A stretch of 64,000 bases of DNA from assembly GCA_965237465.1 (NCBI GenBank), contig OZ250138.1:155547-219546 (forward strand). Direction: 5' to 3'. Below the pieces are notes generated by a model. It did no database searches. It was not told the origin of the DNA and saw only the letters and a program-made list of their open reading frames with translations. Positions 59,468 through 64,000 of this stretch are shown piece by piece (position 1 is the first letter of the stretch; each line of letters starts with the position of its first letter). Origin of the DNA: Dehalococcoidia bacterium (GTDB taxonomy: Bacteria; Chloroflexota; Dehalococcoidia; UBA6926). The translations under genes and the position numbers were made by a program.

Positions 59468-60226
59468 TCAGGTCGTCGTGGAAACGACCTTGCCGGTAAC
59501 CGGGTCAATGTGGATGCCGCACTCAACCTTGTCCTCAAAATCCGACCAACGCCCGGCGCGGGCGTCCTCACCGGGGAGGACGGCGCGGGTGCAGTTGGTG
59601 CAGCCGATGCTGGGGTAACCCTGATCATGCAGGTCGTTGTAGGGAATCTTGTTGTCGCGGATATAGTCCCAGACATCGTCCTCGGTCCAGTTTGCGAGAG
59701 GGGTGACCTTGATGAGGTTGAACTTCGTGTCCCACGCGACGATGGCGATGTCCTTGCGCGTGTCGCCCTGATCACGACGGAGGCCGGCGATCCACGCGCG
59801 CTGCCCGACTAAAGCCTGCTCATTCGGCTTGACCTTGCGGATTTCGCAACAGAGATCCGGATCAGACTTCCAGAGCTCTGCGCCGTGGGTTTCCGCCTGC
59901 TGGTCAATGGACATGTCCGTCTTGAACGCGATCGGCTGGAAGCCGTATCGACGCGCAACATTGTCCTTGAGGGCGTGGGTCTGGGGGAAGAGGAAATCCG
60001 TATCAACGTAGAAGACAGGAACCTCGGTGTTGATCTTCATGGCCATGTCCAGGAGAACCATCCCGGAGACGCCGCCAAAGCTGCACGCCAATGTGATGTC
60101 CGGAAAGAAGTTCTCGATGGCCCAGCGCACGATCTCCTGCGGGTGAGCCTTCTCTAGGCTTGAGGTGACCTCCGCCAGTCGCTCCTCCGTCCACTCGCTC
60201 TGTAGCGCCTCTATTGTCGTTGCCAT
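59468..60226 (-). CDS. cysH: APS/PAPS reductase (Fe-S type)
   Basis: SFG, DT..LF, CC..RK, YPSIGC..CT, RAGRW, ECGIH. Confidence 0.95.
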   Translation of the reverse strand: MATTIEALQSEWTEERLAEVTSSLEKAHPQEIVRWAIENFFPDITLACSFGGVSGMVLLDMAMKINTEVPVFYVDTDFLFPQTHALKDNVARRYGFQPIAFKTDMSIDQQAETHGAELWKSDPDLCCEIRKVKPNEQALVGQRAWIAGLRRDQGDTRKDIAIVAWDTKFNLIKVTPLANWTEDDVWDYIRDNKIPYNDLHDQGYPSIGCTNCTRAVLPGEDARAGRWSDFEDKVECGIHIDPVTGKVVSTTT

Positions 60227-60354
60227 TGGTTCCTGCTTCCCTTGCTTCCCCGTCCATACTTTTCCGACTGATTGACTGCGAATTCGTCTCTCTTGTGTTG
60301 CCGCCCGGTCTGTGTCTCGTAGCTTGCCTGCGTGCCTGAACCGTTTCGGGCGAC

Positions 60355-60387
60355 AAAAAAACCGCCTTGACTTTCGTCGGGGCGGTT
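60355..60387 (-). terminator. Leader (attenuator) terminator upstream of cysH
   Basis: Minus strand AACCGCC-CC-GAC-GAAA-GTC-AA-GGCGG-TTTTTTT; lies between the promoter and cysH. Confidence 0.8.
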
Positions 60388-60444
60388 GGAGGTCTGATCC
60401 CTGATCAGGCTATTGCGCGCTTGTGTCCCTCGTAGGCCGTTTGG

Positions 60445-60561
60445 CTACAGACGCCCGGCCTTCCGCCCCGTGTGTTGCATCGAACAACAAGAGCAAGTCA
60501 CCGCGGCGCGGCGCGCCTGGGCAATGGCGGAAGGGTTATGGGTGTAAGACTGCGTATTCAT
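60445..60561 (-). CDS. Cys-rich leader peptide (38 aa) of the sulfate-assimilation operon
   Basis: MNTQSYTHNPSAIAQARRAAVTCSCCSMQHTGRKAGRL*; Cys codons 23, 25, 26; overlaps alternative RNA helices. Confidence 0.75.
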   Translation of the reverse strand: MNTQSYTHNPSAIAQARRAAVTCSCCSMQHTGRKAGRL

Positions 60562-60586
60562 GATCGTGCACACTGGCTGCCACCAA

Positions 60587-60615
60587 AATATAGGTGCACC
60601 ACGAAGGCTTGTCAA
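60587..60615 (-). promoter_or_regulatory. Sigma-70 promoter of leader-cysH operon
   Basis: TTGACA (60615-60610)-17 nt-TATATT (60592-60587). Confidence 0.75.
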
Positions 60616-60637
60616 TAGCTTGTGACTGCATTCACGA

Positions 60638-61009
60638 TCAGGACTCTTCCAGCTCGCTGCTGCCCATCCGCATCAGTTCCGCTTCCTCCAGAAGGCGGCG
60701 AAACAGCGGCCATATCTCCTCAATACGCGGATCCATGCTTGAGATGGAGATGGCGCGATAGAGGACGCCCGTGCTGACGCCGATGGTCGTTGACTCGCCC
60801 ACTGGGGGAAGCTCCGCGCCAAGGGCTCTTACAACAAGCTCTGTGGTGGTGCGGCCCACGCCCGAGTCATAGCAACGGGTGAGCGCGCGACCCTTATGGA
60901 GCAGCGTCAGGCCTCCCTTGCCACGCCGCAGCGTCACTTCAACACGGCGGGCCGGCCGCGAAAGCAGCTGGTCGGCGTACACCCATGCCTTGGCGCGTGA
61001 TGTGGACAT
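60638..61009 (-). CDS. Hypothetical protein
   Basis: 123-aa ORF with protein-like composition, co-oriented with its neighbour; no recognised motif. Confidence 0.6.
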   Translation of the reverse strand: MSTSRAKAWVYADQLLSRPARRVEVTLRRGKGGLTLLHKGRALTRCYDSGVGRTTTELVVRALGAELPPVGESTTIGVSTGVLYRAISISSMDPRIEEIWPLFRRLLEEAELMRMGSSELEES

Positions 61010-61036
61010 ATCTGCCGATTCCCTGGCGACGAGACG

Positions 61037-61396
61037 CTATGTAGCCAACTCGTACGGTGTTGACTTGTCCAACAGGAGGCAGGGCTCGCCTGTCTGTGAA
61101 GGGTCATCCAGGTCCCACGGGCTGTCGGAATCAAGGGGACGCGTACGAATTCCGTCGTCGCCGCCGTAGATGAGCAGTGCGTGGCCCTCGCCGGAGTCCT
61201 CAACGATGACGGCGTAAGCGGGGCAGGGACCCTCGGCGCTCCAGCCGGTCACCTCGACCATCGATAGCTCGCCACGCAGGCCCGGCGCCTCGATGCGCCA
61301 AACGGGCTGCGGCTCGTCCACGAGGCTGAATACGCGATGCAGAGAGTAATCGCAGTTCGTTCCCGCTTCAACCTCTACGTCAATGTATTTCGCCAT
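61037..61396 (-). CDS. Hypothetical protein
   Basis: 119-aa acidic ORF with AAGGGGG RBS and TACAAT upstream; no recognised motif. Confidence 0.65.
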   Translation of the reverse strand: MAKYIDVEVEAGTNCDYSLHRVFSLVDEPQPVWRIEAPGLRGELSMVEVTGWSAEGPCPAYAVIVEDSGEGHALLIYGGDDGIRTRPLDSDSPWDLDDPSQTGEPCLLLDKSTPYELAT

Positions 61397-61475
61397 TGCA
61401 GCCCCCTTGACATGGGCACATTGTACGCGCGCTCGGGCCGCTTTAAGGGTGCGCCGTTGCGGTGATCGAATCGAA

Positions 61476-61836
61476 TGGTGGAGGCGGGGGGGAGTTGAAC
61501 CCCCCGTCCAAAGGCGGCCCCGAATGCGGCGCTACAGGCTTAGTCGGTCTATAAGATTTCGCCTCTCGCGGCCCCGGCCGACAGGGTCTGCGTGCGGCTA
61601 GCCGGCATGGTCTTTCGTCGCTCGCCACCGGCTGACTTGCGACGGCGCCCCGCTAAGTTGTCGCTCTACTCCGTCCGCAGGGATAACGGTGCAGAACGTC
61701 GCTTCCTAGTTACTAGGCTGCGAGTGCGAGTTGCTTGTTGTTGCCAGCTACTCTTTGTGCCGCGGGATTAACGAGGTCACGGCGCCTCGGCCTGCTCACA
61801 CACCGGTGCGGACCCTTGTCGAATCCGCGCGCCCCC
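61476..61836 (-). ncRNA. ssrA: tmRNA
   Basis: 5' GGGGGCGCGCGGATTCGAC, 3' GGTTCAACTCCCCCCGCCTCCACCA; tag frame GNNKQLALAA** at 61745-61713; adjacent to smpB. Confidence 0.96.
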
Positions 61837-61944
61837 ACGTAGGTTGGTGCGTCACGACCGCTCCCTGCGAGTCGCAGCCGTATGCACAAGTATACGCGTG
61901 TATGCGTGCGAGAGGCTGATCTGACCGTCAGGCAGCCCTAATTG

Positions 61945-62457
61945 TTAGTTGCGGTCCCCGAGTGCGCGCGCCATATCGAGATCGGCGTCGCGCTTGGCTA
62001 TTACTTGCCGCTTGTCGTAGAACTTGCGGCCTCGGGCGAGGCCCAACTGAACCTTTGCGCGGTGGCGGGTGATGTAGAGCCTCAGGGGGACCAGGGTGTT
62101 GCCGCTTGAATCAACCTTCTGTTTGAGGCCGAGGATCTGTCGACGGTGCAGGAGCAGCTTGCGAGGCCGCGTGGGTTCATGGTTGTAGATGTTGCCCTGC
62201 GCGTAGGGCGGGATGTGCATTCCGTGAAGCCACACCTCCCAATCGGAGATGCGAGCGAACGCCTGTTGGAGGGAGACGCGGCCGGCTCTGAGCGACTTTA
62301 TCTCCGTGCCGGTTAGGACGAGGCCGGCCTCGATGCTCTCCAAAATGTCGTAGTTGAATCGGGCGCGCCGATTGTCCGCGATCAGACGATCGCCGCCCGC
62401 GGCCTCCGGGTTGGACGCCTTCTTAGCGCCATTTCGACGAGTCTTTGACTTGGCCAT
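61945..62457 (-). CDS. smpB: SsrA-binding protein
   Basis: NRRARFNY, EAGLVLTGTEIKSLR, RPRKLLLH, GRKFYDKR; ATG 62457. Confidence 0.97.
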   Translation of the reverse strand: MAKSKTRRNGAKKASNPEAAGGDRLIADNRRARFNYDILESIEAGLVLTGTEIKSLRAGRVSLQQAFARISDWEVWLHGMHIPPYAQGNIYNHEPTRPRKLLLHRRQILGLKQKVDSSGNTLVPLRLYITRHRAKVQLGLARGRKFYDKRQVIAKRDADLDMARALGDRN

Positions 62458-62664
62458 GATTCCATCAGTATAGGAACTTGGCTGTTTCGCTGTGACTCGT
62501 GGAGCGGCAGATCCGGGCGCAACGTAATGCAAGATTTGCCAAACTTTGCAGCCGAGACAACACATGGCTCTGTAGGGGAGCGGTTGGAGTGAAAATCGAG
62601 CGAAATGTTCAGGAAAAGTCGCCTTTCAGATAGCGCAGGATCGCTGCAAAAGCTTGACAATGAC

Positions 62665-62710
62665 ACACTAGCGGTTGACCATTAGTGCTTGCGAATCCCA
62701 CATGTAGTGA
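62665..62710 (+). promoter_or_regulatory. Tandem NrdR-box-like operators
   Basis: ACACTAGCGGTTGACC (62665) and ATCCCACATGTAGTGA (62695) keep the C4/A6/T11/G13 positions of the NrdR box, 30 nt apart, just after TTGACA at 62654. Confidence 0.6.
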
Positions 62711-62790
62711 CTGCGTGGGGAACGTGAGTGCAGAAGGAGAGTCGAGGTAGATCGCGAGGTCAGCGCCGCGGGCGGGGCGTGTATCCGTAC

Positions 62791-63321
62791 ATGAAGTGCT
62801 CGCATTGTGGTTTCGAGGATTCAAAGGTGCTGGACACCAGGCAGAGCGATGGAGGTGTTCGGCGTAGACGCGAGTGCCTGCGTTGCGGGGCGCGCTTCAG
62901 CACGGTGGAAAAGGCGCTGGCGACGACGATAAGCGTCGTCAAGAGGGATGGACGGACTGAAGAGTTCAGTCGAGAGAAGCTGTTGGGCGGGATCAGAACT
63001 GCATGCGCAAAGCGCCCGATTCCGGCCGGAGTGACTGAGAAGATGGCCGATGACATTGAGGAAGATATCCAGAAGCAGGGACGGGCAGAAGTGAGCACGC
63101 GACTGATCGGCGAATTGGCGATGGATCGTCTAAGTAAGTTGGACCGCGTGGCGTACATACGATTCGCCAGCGTATATCGCGATTTCGCAGACGAGGATGA
63201 TTTTCAGCGTGTTGTGGAAGGCCTGCGGGACGGTTCTCTCGCAAGCTCTACCGGTCAGCTGGCCCTTCTGCCGCCCGAGCGCTCCGGCGCCCGGCCCCGA
63301 GGACGCCCGCGTCAGAGATGA
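62791..63321 (+). CDS. nrdR: Transcriptional repressor NrdR
   Basis: MKCSHC, SKVLDTR, RRRREC..C..RFST.E, ATP cone, VAYIRFASVY. Confidence 0.97.
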   Translation: MKCSHCGFEDSKVLDTRQSDGGVRRRRECLRCGARFSTVEKALATTISVVKRDGRTEEFSREKLLGGIRTACAKRPIPAGVTEKMADDIEEDIQKQGRAEVSTRLIGELAMDRLSKLDRVAYIRFASVYRDFADEDDFQRVVEGLRDGSLASSTGQLALLPPERSGARPRGRPRQR

Positions 63322-63399
63322 TCTACGGGCGGCGCCGGCACATTGTTCGCGCCACCCGCCAAGGGATTCTCATGTGCTAAGGGGAGGGCTTCAGGAGTT

Positions 63400-64000
63400 A
63401 TGACAGAAATGAAGAATGGCGATGATGGTCGTACTGTCGCCTCTAACCGCAACGCCGTTCGCGATGCCGTGGCGCACGTTCTGCAAGGTCAATCTCAAGA
63501 AAGCCTCGAGACCATCACGGACGGCATTCTCGCCAACATTTCGGATACGCAAACGCCCGCGGCGCTCAATGGATTGCACACGCTGACCGGCGATGCCGCC
63601 CTTGATCCGGGGCAAACGATTGCGACGATGGTCAGGGATGAGATTGATCGTGAGTCGAATGGTGTCACGAACGGCAATGGGTCTAATGGCAACGCCGGAG
63701 GCGATCAGGCCGCATCGCCGACAAGCGCGCCGTGGAGCTCGAGCGAGGAACCGGAACCGGCGCTCTCCCCCAATTCCCGCGCCATTCTGGAGAATCGATA
63801 CCTCGCAAGGGACGCTGACAATCAAGTCATTGAGGACCCCCGCGCGCTGTTCGAGAGGGTGGCGAATGCCATCGCTGAGGGAGAGCGCGCCGTGGGAACG
63901 CCGGAGCCTGAGATTGGGGAGTGGGCGCGCCGGTACTATCGCCTGATGGCGTCACTGCGCTTCTTGCCAAACTCGCCGATGCTGGTCAACGCGGGCAAGG
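63400..64000 (+). CDS. nrdJ: Ribonucleotide reductase, probably class II (B12-dependent), 3'-truncated by window edge
   Basis: AGGAG RBS, ATG 63400; LSPNSRAILENRYL..D, RVANAIA, FLPNSPMLVNAG; follows nrdR; absent from ORF track because it runs off the end. Confidence 0.85.
   Translation, partial: MTEMKNGDDGRTVASNRNAVRDAVAHVLQGQSQESLETITDGILANISDTQTPAALNGLHTLTGDAALDPGQTIATMVRDEIDRESNGVTNGNGSNGNAGGDQAASPTSAPWSSSEEPEPALSPNSRAILENRYLARDADNQVIEDPRALFERVANAIAEGERAVGTPEPEIGEWARRYYRLMASLRFLPNSPMLVNAGK

Noticed and set aside
60227-60560. SAM (S-box) riboswitch or T-box upstream of cysH
   Set aside because: No S-box core (ATC.AGAG...GAGGGA..GGCCC) or T-box (GGTGG.ACCGCG) consensus seen; the leader-peptide model explains the helices
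63322-63399. Cobalamin riboswitch before nrdJ
   Set aside because: Only 78 nt and no B12-box visible

Overview
GC-rich bacterial chromosomal segment, mostly core genes. Gene content and the tmRNA tag suggest Chloroflexota, probably Dehalococcoidia/SAR202-like (inference). In order, it holds: rplA(partial)-rplJ-rplL, radC, plsY, a sigma-70 factor, aspS-tig-clpP-clpX, efp-peptidase-aroQ, xerC-topA-dprA, two tandem tRNA-Ser genes, a collagen-like lipoprotein, ilvA, rnhB and mnmA. An mcrBC cassette follows, flanked on both sides by CGTC-type REP arrays. Next come rsfS, ndk, marR-MFS-MFS, tsaE-tsaB and recN, then a five-gene RibA-RibD/dehydrogenase/QueD-like/glycosyltransferase/methyltransferase cluster of unknown product. 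The window ends with a sulfate-assimilation plus siroheme operon (cysH-cysC-sat-sir-hemD-cysG(N)-cobA/hemD-hemC), ssrA-smpB and nrdR-nrdJ(partial). Best new observation: the sulfate operon leader has a consensus promoter, an unannotated 38-aa peptide with a Cys-Ser-Cys-Cys run, and mutually exclusive 1:2, 2:3 and 3:4 helices ending in a U-tailed terminator, i.e. a predicted cysteine-sensing transcription attenuator. Other leads are the orphan pterin/lumazine-like cluster, the REP-bounded McrBC cassette with an adjacent densely structured non-coding element, a nonsense-inactivated aspartic protease, two unannotated micro-membrane proteins, and many apparently leaderless genes. All calls are by eye; no searches were run.
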